Source: a bacterium OM1 bin76
GTDB lineage: Bacteria; Actinomycetota; Acidimicrobiia; Spongiisociales; ZC4RG35
Length of the DNA stretch: 64,000 nt
Direction of reading: 5' to 3'
Assembly (NCBI GenBank): GCA_002238785.1
Contig: MPNA01000003.1
Location: 121,038 to 185,037 of the forward strand
The stretch's first letter is position 1; each line of letters begins with the position of its first letter. The translations under genes were made by a program, and so were the position numbers. The notes beneath the pieces were generated by a model, which was not told the DNA's origin, ran no database searches, and worked only from the letters and a program-made list of their open reading frames with translations. Positions 47,704 to 56,835 of this stretch are shown one piece after another.

Positions 47704-47946
47704 GAGGGGATGGGAGGGCCCGGTGGGCGATTTGGCGAAGATTTCGTGTTGTATCCAGAAAGTGGTAAAATGGTGCACCAAGGGTGGGAACGGCCGGAGA
47801 TTGTTCCGTCCCACCGAAAGCAGAAGCTTGGAGTCGATCTTTTTGATCTTGCCTTCGGGGTGGTGTTCAGCCAGGGGACAGGGGAGAAGCTGAACCAGAG
47901 AGAGAGGCTCTACTTCCCATTGGCGATTGAATAAGGAGGGTTGTTT

Positions 47947-49533
47947 ATGGGTTGGCTTAAGCGCCGCCGAACGGAGGTGATCCGCCGGGTCGGCGGCGAC
48001 TTTGTAGAAGAACGTAAGAAGCGGCAGGTAAACGGGTCGGAAGTAGAGATCCGTCGGGTAGCCCCCAAGCACCCGCCCAAACCCAAAACCGCTTCCAAGA
48101 AGAAGAAGACCAAGGCCCGGCCGTCCGGTTCTCAGAAGGCGCGTTCGGGCGTCTCCACCAGCCGAGGGTCGTCGTCGGCCCGGAGCCGGTCGTCGTCGGC
48201 CCGGAGCCGAGGGAGTCGTCCCGACGCCGGAGCCGAGGAGCCGAAGGCGCCGATCAAGACGTTACGCAGCAAGATTCTGGTCAGCGTGCGTGAGGAGACC
48301 AGGGTGGCGATCATGGAGGGCCCGGATCTGGTGGAGTATTACTCCGAGCGCCCCGAGGGTCGTTCTTTGGTGGGCAACGTCTACCTGGCTGTGGTGCGCA
48401 ACGTGCTGCCAGGAATGGAGGCTGCCTTCGTGGACATCGGCGAGGGCAAGAACGGCGTTCTGTATGCCGATGACGTGTATGTCGATCCCAAGCGTTTCGG
48501 TAAGGGTAGACGGCCTCGGGTGGAACAGGTGCTTTCGGAGGGCGATGAGTTGGTGGTCCAGGTCAGACGAGACGCGATGGGCGCCAAGGGACCGCGGTTG
48601 CGGGGCCACATCTCACTGGCGGGACGGTTCCTGGTGTTGCAGCCGGGTTCTTCCAACGTGGCCATCTCCCAGAAGCTATCCCGAGCGGAGCGTTCGAGGT
48701 TGCGGCAGGTAGTGACGGAATTGGTCCCCCCCAAGTTCGGGGTGATAGTGCGCACTGCCGCCCGGCTTGCCACTGCCAAAGAGATCAAGTCCGAGGTGGA
48801 CAAGCTCGCCAACCGGTGGAAGGGCATTACCGAGGACGCCTCCCAGGGCGGAGGGCCGAAGTTGCTCCACCAAGACTCCGACCTGTTGATCAGAGTAATT
48901 CGTGAGCACCTGTCGTCGGAGACGAGGAGGGTGGAGGTCGACGATGCCGAGTCCCACAAACGGGTGGTTGACTACCTTCGCTCCGCTGATCCCGATCTGG
49001 TTTCACGGGTCCGCCGCTATGACAATCCCATCGCTCTTTTCGAGAGGTTTCACGTTGACGATCAGGTGAAGAAAGCCCTGAAACGTAGAGTGCCATTGCC
49101 GTCCGGAGGTCATCTGGTGTTTGATACCACCGAGGCGCTCACGGTGGTGGATGTCAACACCGGACGGTTCGTGGGTCGGTCCAATCTTGAGGACACCATC
49201 CTGCAGAACAATCTGGAGGCGGCCGAGGAGATAGGCCGCCAGTTGAGATTGAGGGACATCGGGGGAATCATCGTGGTTGACTTCATCGATATGAGCCGAG
49301 AAGCCAACCAGCGAAAAGTCCTGAGTCGGCTCAAGCAGGTCCTGGCCCGTGACAAGACCAGAACGGAGGCTTTCGAAGTCTCCCGCCTGGGTCTTGTGGA
49401 GATGACCCGCAAGAACGTATCGGCTGGGCTCTTGGAGTCGTTCTCCAAGACTTGCGACCATTGCAGCGGGCAAGGTTTGATCGTCCAAGACCCGACCATG
49501 TCGTCCCAGCCACGGGTAGCCGCCGGTGTTTGA
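47947..49533 (+). CDS. rne: Ribonuclease E/G family protein with a basic N-terminal extension
   Basis: VGNVY, VLPGMEAAFVDIG, TEALTVVDVNTG, QLRLRDIGGIIVVDFIDM, CDHC.G.G zinc link. Confidence 0.93.
   Translation: MGWLKRRRTEVIRRVGGDFVEERKKRQVNGSEVEIRRVAPKHPPKPKTASKKKKTKARPSGSQKARSGVSTSRGSSSARSRSSSARSRGSRPDAGAEEPKAPIKTLRSKILVSVREETRVAIMEGPDLVEYYSERPEGRSLVGNVYLAVVRNVLPGMEAAFVDIGEGKNGVLYADDVYVDPKRFGKGRRPRVEQVLSEGDELVVQVRRDAMGAKGPRLRGHISLAGRFLVLQPGSSNVAISQKLSRAERSRLRQVVTELVPPKFGVIVRTAARLATAKEIKSEVDKLANRWKGITEDASQGGGPKLLHQDSDLLIRVIREHLSSETRRVEVDDAESHKRVVDYLRSADPDLVSRVRRYDNPIALFERFHVDDQVKKALKRRVPLPSGGHLVFDTTEALTVVDVNTGRFVGRSNLEDTILQNNLEAAEEIGRQLRLRDIGGIIVVDFIDMSREANQRKVLSRLKQVLARDKTRTEAFEVSRLGLVEMTRKNVSAGLLESFSKTCDHCSGQGLIVQDPTMSSQPRVAAGV
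48167..48208 (+). repeat. Perfect 2x21-bp tandem repeat (GGTCGTCGTCGGCCCGGAGCC) in the rne N-terminal extension
   Basis: Direct reading; encodes repeated SSSARSR. Confidence 0.9.
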
Positions 49534-49577
49534 CCTTGGCATTATGGGTTCGCATTACATAGAATGACTGTTTCAGC

Positions 49578-49895
49578 ATGTATGCAGTAATTGACAGTGG
49601 CGGAAAGCAGGCCAAGGTCGCTCCCGGCGATGTGGTGAGTGTGGAACTGTTGAACTCGGACTCCGATCAGATCAGTTTCATTCCGGTGCTGGTGGTGGAT
49701 GCCGATGGGCAGGTACTGACCGGCCCTGCGTTGCAGGGTGCGACGGTTTCAGCGCGCCTTTTGGGCGAAGTCAAGGGGCCGAAGATCCGCATCTTCAAGT
49801 ACAAGTCGAAGACCGGGTATCGTCGCCGGATGGGTCACCGCCAGAAGTATTCCCAGATCCAGATTCTCAACATCGATCTGCCGAGCAAGTCTTAG
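49578..49895 (+). CDS. rplU: 50S ribosomal protein L21
   Basis: [31 protein letters not shown]. Confidence 0.97.
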   Translation: MYAVIDSGGKQAKVAPGDVVSVELLNSDSDQISFIPVLVVDADGQVLTGPALQGATVSARLLGEVKGPKIRIFKYKSKTGYRRRMGHRQKYSQIQILNIDLPSKS

Positions 49896-49908
49896 AAGGA
49901 GAGCCGAG

Positions 49909-50160
49909 ATGTCCAAGACCAAAGCAGGAGGCTCCAGCCGAAACGGACGGGAGTCGCACGCCAAGCGGTTGGGTCCCAAAGTCTTCGACGGGCAGTTGGT
50001 CCATTCCGGAGCGGTGTTGGTTCGACAGCGAGGGACCCGGATCCATCCCGGCCTCAATGTCGGCCGGGGCAGTGACGACACGCTGTTTGCGCGCGCCTCT
50101 GGCGTAGTCAAATACGGTGTTCGGAACCGTCGCCGCCTGGTGAGTGTGCTAACCGACTGA
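49909..50160 (+). CDS. rpmA: 50S ribosomal protein L27
   Basis: [40 protein letters not shown]; AAGGAG RBS. Confidence 0.97.
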   Translation: MSKTKAGGSSRNGRESHAKRLGPKVFDGQLVHSGAVLVRQRGTRIHPGLNVGRGSDDTLFARASGVVKYGVRNRRRLVSVLTD

Positions 50161-50182
50161 TTGTCTTTCCGGGCCGGTCGCG

Positions 50183-51439
50183 GTGTTCGTTGACTCGGTC
50201 AGGGTGCATCTTCGCGCCGGGGACGGGGGGAACGGCATGGTCAGCTTCGAGCGTCGTAGAGGTAAGCCGCGCGGCAAACCGATGGGTGGCTCAGGCGGCT
50301 CGGGCGGAGACGTAGTGGTGCGAGCCGACCTTTCGATCGGAACGCTTTTCCGCTACCAGCGCAGTCCGCACCATGCGGCCGAAAGAGGCGCTAACGGCGC
50401 TGATCGTGTCCGGCACGGGCGCAGGGGTGATCCGTTGGTGTTGTTGGCGCCGCCGGGGACCTCGGTGTATGACGAGGCTGGTGTCCTGTTGGCCGACCTG
50501 GTGGCGGAGGGTCAGGAGGTAACGCTGCTCCGGGGCGGACGGGGTGGACGGGGAAATGCGGCCCTGGTCAGTCCCAGTCATCGGGTGCCGGCAGTTGGCG
50601 AAAAGGGGGAGAAGGGACCGGGCGGATGGTTCCGCCTGGAGATGAAGTTGCAGGCCGACGCTGCCCTGGTGGGGTTTCCCAACGCCGGCAAGAGCACGCT
50701 GCTGTCCAGGGTGTCGGCGGCTCGGCCCAAGATCGCTGATTACCCGTTCACAACTCTCACTCCCAACCTGGGAGTGGTAGGGATCGACGGTGACGAGTTC
50801 ACCATGGCTGATGTTCCCGGTTTGATCCAGGGGGCAGCGGAAGGTCGAGGCCTGGGGCACACGTTTCTCCGTCATGTTGAGAGAGCGTCGGTCTTGGTGA
50901 TCCTGCTCGATCCATCGCCGATGGCCGAGGTGGAGCCCGAAGGGCAACTGGATGCGTTGCTGGGAGAACTGGAGCGATACTCCCCTGCACTGGCAGAACG
51001 CCCCAGGGTGGTTGCGGTCAACAAGGCCGACCTGGAAGAAGCCGGCGAGGTGGCGGACGCCATCCCGGGGTCCTTTCTGATCTCGGCGGTAACCGGGCAG
51101 GGGCTTCGTGCGTTCTTGCGTGGCGTGAAGCAGTTGATTGTCCGGGCTCGGGAAACCGCCGCTCCGCGGGAAGGATTCATGTTGCATCGCCCCCACCAGC
51201 GAGGCTTCGTGGTTTCCCGCACCAAGGCAGGATGGTCTGTGGAGGGGGTTGCGGCGGAGAGAGCGGTGGCTTTCGGGGATCTCGATGCTCCGGAGGCGGC
51301 CCGATTGGCATCCAGCCGGTTGGACAGGATCGGAGTGAGCAGGGCGCTGCGAGAAGCGGGCGCCCGCCACGGCGATACGGTCTTGATCGGAGAGACAGAA
51401 CTCCATTACACCGATCCGGACGCTGGAGGATGGGAGTGA
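50183..51439 (+). CDS. obgE: GTPase ObgE/CgtA
   Basis: FVD, Gly-rich Obg fold, GFPNAGKS, YPFTTL.PNLG, DVPG, NKAD, C-terminal OCT domain. Confidence 0.96.
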   Translation: MFVDSVRVHLRAGDGGNGMVSFERRRGKPRGKPMGGSGGSGGDVVVRADLSIGTLFRYQRSPHHAAERGANGADRVRHGRRGDPLVLLAPPGTSVYDEAGVLLADLVAEGQEVTLLRGGRGGRGNAALVSPSHRVPAVGEKGEKGPGGWFRLEMKLQADAALVGFPNAGKSTLLSRVSAARPKIADYPFTTLTPNLGVVGIDGDEFTMADVPGLIQGAAEGRGLGHTFLRHVERASVLVILLDPSPMAEVEPEGQLDALLGELERYSPALAERPRVVAVNKADLEEAGEVADAIPGSFLISAVTGQGLRAFLRGVKQLIVRARETAAPREGFMLHRPHQRGFVVSRTKAGWSVEGVAAERAVAFGDLDAPEAARLASSRLDRIGVSRALREAGARHGDTVLIGETELHYTDPDAGGWE

Positions 51440-52527
51440 GGCGGCCGGTACCGTCCGGGGGCGTCCTGGTGATCAAGATCGGGTCCTCCAGCCTGGTCCA
51501 GGTGGAACACGGTCTCGATTCAGTGGCCTTGGAGAGAGTGGTCGAGCATGTGGCCATAGCGGTTTCATCGGGACATCCCACGGTTCTGGTGACCTCTGGG
51601 GCGGTGGCCGCGGGAATGCCGGCTTTGGGGCTTTCCACCCGTCCGACCGACCTGGCCGGATTGCAAGTGGCGGCGGCGGTGGGACAGGGGCGTCTCATGG
51701 GCCTTTACACCGCGGAATTCGCCAAGCGGGGACTGGTGGCCGGCCAGGTGCTGCTGACCAGAGGAGTTCTGGCGGACCGGACCCCATATCTCAATGCCCG
51801 AATGGCTCTGCAGGGAATGTTGGACCGGGGAATCGTCCCGGTGGTCAACGAGAACGACACGGTGGGAGTGGAGGAATTGCGAGTGGGTGACAACGACCGG
51901 CTGGCGGCGCTGGTATCCCACCTGGTCTCTGCCGACCTCTTGGTCCTGTTGACCGATACTCCCGGTCTCTACTCGGACGATCCCTCGTCTCCGGATGCGG
52001 AACTGATGAAGGAACTGTCGTCTGATGACCAAAGACTCGACGCCATTGCCCTACTGCCGGGCGGCCAGCTCGGTTCCGGAGGGGTGTCCAGCAAAGTGGC
52101 TGCGGCCCGGATGGCGGCGTTCTCAGGGATTCCCACTGTGGTCGCCTCATCCTCCGAGCCGCAAGTGGTGGCTCGGATCTGTCGAGGAGACCCAACCGGA
52201 ACCTGGGTGAGTCCCAATTCCCGCAAGCTCAGTGCCCGGAAGCTGTGGATAGCCTTCGGCCTGGAAACCCAGGGGCGGGTGACGGTTGATGAGGGGGCGG
52301 TACGAGCCATAACCCAGTTCAAGAAGAGCCTCCTTCCGGTTGGAGTTCAGAACATCAGCGGGGGTTTCCAAGCCAAGGAGGCCGTGGAAGTGCTGAACCC
52401 TGAAGGAAGAGTGATAGCCAAAGGCATCTCACGGATCGCAGCCGCCGAATGCCGCGACCTAACCCGAAGCGGCCAACCCACAGTAGAACTCATCCACCGC
52501 GACGATCTAGTAGTCCTAGTCGAATAG
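51430..52527 (+). CDS. proB: Glutamate 5-kinase (with PUA domain)
   Basis: VIKIGSS, VTSGAVAAG, AAVGQ, NEND, GDNDRLAA, IHRDDLV. Confidence 0.95.
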   Translation: MGVRRPVPSGGVLVIKIGSSSLVQVEHGLDSVALERVVEHVAIAVSSGHPTVLVTSGAVAAGMPALGLSTRPTDLAGLQVAAAVGQGRLMGLYTAEFAKRGLVAGQVLLTRGVLADRTPYLNARMALQGMLDRGIVPVVNENDTVGVEELRVGDNDRLAALVSHLVSADLLVLLTDTPGLYSDDPSSPDAELMKELSSDDQRLDAIALLPGGQLGSGGVSSKVAAARMAAFSGIPTVVASSSEPQVVARICRGDPTGTWVSPNSRKLSARKLWIAFGLETQGRVTVDEGAVRAITQFKKSLLPVGVQNISGGFQAKEAVEVLNPEGRVIAKGISRIAAAECRDLTRSGQPTVELIHRDDLVVLVE

Positions 52528-53015
52528 TTATCCCATCACCAATCCCCTGTCCGCACGGTGACAGTTGAATTCGCGAATCTCGATCCTATGTCGCGATTTT
52601 TTGGTTTTGGGTGGGGGTCTTTTGGGCCCGTCCCCCGCCACCTCCTGTCCGTTGTTGTTCGCGAAACTCCCGCGCTCGGGTGCGGCGGGTGTTTTGCTTG
52701 TTGGGTTGTTCCGGTCGGGTTTGAGCCCTTGGTTCCCTGACCGGTTGGATGTTTGGTTGCTGGTGTTCAGTTTGTACCAACGACCGGGGGTTAGTCAACC
52801 ACCAGAAAGGGAAATGTTTCCCAACTTCGCCGCGGCTGTTACGCGCTTTTCAAGTTGGTGGGGGTCTGCTTCTAACGGGTTGTCGGTGTGGGGTTTTGAT
52901 GGGAAGCGACCGGCGATTGTGGGTGGGGCTTGCAGGATGTGTTTGCCGTCAGCCTCGATGGGCCACCCCCCGACCCCGCCCTTCCAAAGCTCCCTCTACC
53001 TCCCGGGACCGACCC

Positions 53016-54509
53016 CTACCTTCGCCAGACGGACGGGACGAACAGCACCAGGATCGGCAGGATCTCGAGACGTCCCACAATCATCAGAAGGGATAGGAAC
53101 CACTTGCCGGGAATGGAGACCATCGCATAGTTGGCGGTGGGTCCCACCTCCCCCAGGCCCGGACCGATGTTCCCCAGGCTGGCCACGACTGCCGAGATGG
53201 AGGTGACCAGATCGGAAGACCCAAAGGCGAGTTCGATGCTGGTGAACAGCACCATTCCGGCGCAGAGCAGGAAGACGTACAGGGCGAAGAAGGAGAAGAT
53301 TCCCCTGATCATGTTGATGGTGAGAGGGCGGCGGTTGAGCCGTATCAGGAACATCCCCCTGGGATGGATCACCCTGCGTAGTTCGGTGAACGCGGTGTTG
53401 GCAAGCACCTTGAGACGAAAGCTCTTGATTCCCCCGGCAGTGGACCCGGCCATGCCTCCCAGGGTCATGAGGATTAGCAGGAGCACCTGAAGGGGAGGCA
53501 CCCATAATCCGAAATCGGCGGTGCTGTAGCCGGTGGTGGTCACCATGGACACGGCGGTGAAAGCCCCGTCCCGCACCGCTTGCTCCCAGGCGGATCCCTG
53601 ATTGGCAAGAGCGATTGAAAGCCACGCCGCCGAGGCGAGCACCACCACAAAGTACACCCTGAACTCTTCCTGCCGCAGATACTCAGTGGGTCGCAGCAGG
53701 GCCCGATAATGCAGCGAGAACGAGACGCCGGCCAGAGCCATGAAGACGATAATCACCCATTGCGTGTAGGGACTGAACCCGGCGATAGAGGTGGCCTCGG
53801 TGCCGAACCCGCCCGTGGACATGGTGGTCAGCGAGTGATTGACAGCCTGAAAAAGGTCCATGTCTCCCGCCCACAACAGCATTAGGACTTGCACACAGGT
53901 CAGCATGACGTACACCATCCACAACCGCTTGGCGGTGTCCTGAAAACGAGGGGTGAGACGATCGGGATTGGCGCCGGGAGACTCGGCCCTTGCCAGTTCT
54001 ACGCCGCCGACTCCCAGCAACGGCAGGACGGCCACGAACATCACGATGATGCCCATGCCCCCCAGCCACTGGGTGAGGGATCGCCAGAAGAGCATCCCGT
54101 GAGCCAGTTGGCCAGGGTCTGCCAGCAGGGAGGCGCCGGTGGTGGTGAAACCCGAGACCGTCTCGAAGAAGGCGTCGGTGACATCGGGTATGGCTCCTGT
54201 GAACAGGTAGGGGAGGGTGCCAAAGACCGACATCATCAGCCATGCGATACCAACTCCGGCGAATCCCGCCCGGGTGGTCAGGGTGTTGGGCGTCTCCACC
54301 GACCACCACAACAGACCCCCCACCGCAGCCGTCAGCGCCGCGGCGGCGCTTATGGCCCTGGCATCGGAGAACTCGCTGTAGAGCAGCGAGACCCCGGCGG
54401 CCACGAACATCATCAGACCCACCGCAAACAGGGTTACCCCAGTGACCAGCAGGAGGGAAACCAGCATCCCGCGGCGACCCAGCCAGCCCACCGCGGCGGT
54501 CAATTTCAA
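53016..54509 (-). CDS. trkH: Trk system potassium uptake membrane protein TrkH
   Basis: FFETVSGFTTTG, QWLGGMG, MSTGGF, TTTGY, GSTAGGIK, GNIGPG, GRLE. Confidence 0.94.
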   Translation of the reverse strand: MKLTAAVGWLGRRGMLVSLLLVTGVTLFAVGLMMFVAAGVSLLYSEFSDARAISAAAALTAAVGGLLWWSVETPNTLTTRAGFAGVGIAWLMMSVFGTLPYLFTGAIPDVTDAFFETVSGFTTTGASLLADPGQLAHGMLFWRSLTQWLGGMGIIVMFVAVLPLLGVGGVELARAESPGANPDRLTPRFQDTAKRLWMVYVMLTCVQVLMLLWAGDMDLFQAVNHSLTTMSTGGFGTEATSIAGFSPYTQWVIIVFMALAGVSFSLHYRALLRPTEYLRQEEFRVYFVVVLASAAWLSIALANQGSAWEQAVRDGAFTAVSMVTTTGYSTADFGLWVPPLQVLLLILMTLGGMAGSTAGGIKSFRLKVLANTAFTELRRVIHPRGMFLIRLNRRPLTINMIRGIFSFFALYVFLLCAGMVLFTSIELAFGSSDLVTSISAVVASLGNIGPGLGEVGPTANYAMVSIPGKWFLSLLMIVGRLEILPILVLFVPSVWRR

Positions 54510-55855
54510 GTATCTTCTCCGTGGAACAGGTTCTCGATCTCGGTTATGTGATCGGGGAGAGTGAACACGACAATGCGGTCCTTGGGTCGGATCACGGTGT
54601 CCCCCCGGGGCAGGATGGGAGTCATTCTCCGAACGATCCCGCCCACAATCGAACCCTTGGGAAGATTGATGCCCATCAGTTGTCGGCCTGCCACCGGGCT
54701 GTCTGCGGCTATGTCCAGTTCGATGGCTTCAGCATCAGAGTCGCTGAAAGTCACCACGGAGTGGACTACCCCTCGGCGGACATAGCGAAGGATGCTGCTG
54801 GCGGCCAGGAGGCGAGGAGAGACGGCGCCGTCGATGCCTCTGCCTTCCAGCAGGCCGACATAGTGGGGATTGGTCAGGTTGGCCACCGACATGGGGACCC
54901 CCAGAGCCTTGCCGACCAGGCAAACCAGGGTATTGGCGCCGTCGTCCTCGGACAGGGCCAGCAGAGCATCCCGCTCTCCCAGGTCAAGCCCACCCAGGGT
55001 GTCCGGATCGGCCGGATCGTCACAGATGGCCAGGACCTTGGGGTCGGCGTCGGCCACCGACCGGCAGAACATGTGGTCGTTGCTGATGAACACCACCGAC
55101 AGCCAGGCCTCCCGCATCTTTCGGATTGCCACTCTCGCCAGGCGGGAGTCGCCGGTCACCACCACCCGATTGGCCAGACGGGTTCTTATCCCGAGCAATT
55201 TGGCGGCGAACCGCACGTCCCGGGGCGCCACCATCATCAGCACGTGGTCGCCTTCCTCAACCTCGGTGGCCCCTTTGGCCACCATGGTGTCGCCGTCTCG
55301 GATGATGGCCACCACCAGGAAATCCCGTCTCTTGTAGGCTGCCGCCACCTGCGTCAGAGGCCTGCCTAGCAGCGGAGAGTTCGGTTGAGCGATGGCGCCC
55401 ACCAAAAGGAGTCTGCCACCGGCAAACTCCCAATGCTCGGACATCCCGCTCAAACGGACCAGCCTTACCAACTCGTCGGCGGTGGCTTCGTCCGGGTCGA
55501 TGACCACCTTGACACCCATGTTGTGGAGGCCGGACCTCAGGCTGGAGTCGGAGATTCGGGCCACGGTCTGTTTGATACCCAGATCTGTGGCCGAATGGCA
55601 GGCCAGGGCATTGACCCCGTCCTGGTCGGTGACCGCGATGAGCAGATCCACGGGGTCACCCACCGCTGAGATCGCCTTCTTGAGCACGCCCCGGCTGGCG
55701 CCGTTGCCAGCAATTGACAACACGTCCAGTTGGGAGTTCAGGGTATCAGATAGGCGGGGGTCCTTCTCGACGATCACAACATTCTGGCCGTCTGATGAGA
55801 AACGCTCGGCCAAGTAGCTACCGACCGCTCCGGCCCCCACGATAATGATTTTCAT
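54506..55855 (-). CDS. trkA: Trk system potassium uptake regulatory protein TrkA
   Basis: MKIIIVGAGAVG, two RCK_N/RCK_C pairs; overlaps trkH. Confidence 0.93.
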   Translation of the reverse strand: MKIIIVGAGAVGSYLAERFSSDGQNVVIVEKDPRLSDTLNSQLDVLSIAGNGASRGVLKKAISAVGDPVDLLIAVTDQDGVNALACHSATDLGIKQTVARISDSSLRSGLHNMGVKVVIDPDEATADELVRLVRLSGMSEHWEFAGGRLLLVGAIAQPNSPLLGRPLTQVAAAYKRRDFLVVAIIRDGDTMVAKGATEVEEGDHVLMMVAPRDVRFAAKLLGIRTRLANRVVVTGDSRLARVAIRKMREAWLSVVFISNDHMFCRSVADADPKVLAICDDPADPDTLGGLDLGERDALLALSEDDGANTLVCLVGKALGVPMSVANLTNPHYVGLLEGRGIDGAVSPRLLAASSILRYVRRGVVHSVVTFSDSDAEAIELDIAADSPVAGRQLMGINLPKGSIVGGIVRRMTPILPRGDTVIRPKDRIVVFTLPDHITEIENLFHGEDT

Positions 55856-55965
55856 TGCTTGGATTTAAGAATACCGGAATGGCCGACGGCGTTATCGGGG
55901 GCGATTGTTTTGACAGCCGGCGCAGTTGTAAACTCGGTGGCTCCTCGTCACAGGGGAAGACCCCC

Positions 55966-56829
55966 ATTCTTGATCAGCTCGAATCTCCTCAGAAAATCGC
56001 TGCCGCCCTGGTAAACCAGGGTTATCTGGCCTCCGAGCGGATCTCCCAGGTGGTTTATCTGGCGGGCCGGTTGAACAAACCGGTACTGGCCGAGGGCCCG
56101 GCAGGGGTGGGAAAGACCGAACTGGCCAAAGCGGTGGCTTCCGCCACCGGTCGGAAACTGGTGCGACTGCAGTGCTACGAGGGCCTCGACGAGTCCAAGG
56201 CGCTATATGAGTGGAACTATCGCAAGCAGTTGCTGCGAATATCGGCGGATCCCTCGTCACAGTGGGGCCAGATGGAGGAGGACATTTTCTCCGAGGGCTT
56301 CTTGCTCTCGCGTCCCCTGCTGACAGCCATCACCTCTTCAGATCCGGTGGTGCTGCTGGTTGATGAACTCGACCGGGTTGAGATGGAAACCGAGGCGCTG
56401 CTGTTGGAGGTCCTGTCGGAGTTCCAGATCACCATTCCCGAGTTGGGCACGGTTCGGGCCGGATCGCAGCCCCTGGTGATCCTGACCTCCAACAACACTC
56501 GGGAACTCTCGGAAGCGCTTCGACGCCGTTGCCTGTTTCTGCACATTCCCTATCCCAGTCCCGAGCGAGAAAAGGCCATCCTCTTGGCCCGGTGCCCCGA
56601 TCTTCCAGATGCCTTGGCGGAGTCGATCGCCCAGGTGGCCCGCAGCCTGCGAGGCATGGCTCTCAAGAAGCCCCCCTCGGTCTCGGAGACCATCGACTGG
56701 GCCAGGACACTATTGACCTTGGGAGTGGAGAGGATCGACCAGGAGTTCTTCTCAGACACCGCCCACGTCCTGCTCAAGTACCAAGCCGATATCGAACTGG
56801 CCTGCAAGGAACTGGCTGCGGGAGAGTGA
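55966..56829 (+). CDS. MoxR-family AAA+ ATPase (CoxD-like); start uncertain (ATT 55966 or ATG 55879)
   Basis: EGPAGVGKTELAK, RLQCYEGLD..KALYEWNY.KQLL, VDELDR, SEFQITIPELG, ALRRRC. Confidence 0.9.
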   Translation: MLDQLESPQKIAAALVNQGYLASERISQVVYLAGRLNKPVLAEGPAGVGKTELAKAVASATGRKLVRLQCYEGLDESKALYEWNYRKQLLRISADPSSQWGQMEEDIFSEGFLLSRPLLTAITSSDPVVLLVDELDRVEMETEALLLEVLSEFQITIPELGTVRAGSQPLVILTSNNTRELSEALRRRCLFLHIPYPSPEREKAILLARCPDLPDALAESIAQVARSLRGMALKKPPSVSETIDWARTLLTLGVERIDQEFFSDTAHVLLKYQADIELACKELAAGE

Positions 56830-56835
56830 TAGTCG

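Noticed and set aside
47710-47934. 74-aa ORF with an AGGAGG RBS between rodA and rne
   Set aside because: No recognisable motif or protein-like pattern, and it likely overlaps the rne promoter/leader; not excluded but unsupported
52795-52805. GTCAACCACC, resembling the 5' end of IS200/IS605 HEARO/omega RNAs
   Set aside because: No IscB/TnpB ORF or matching structure follows
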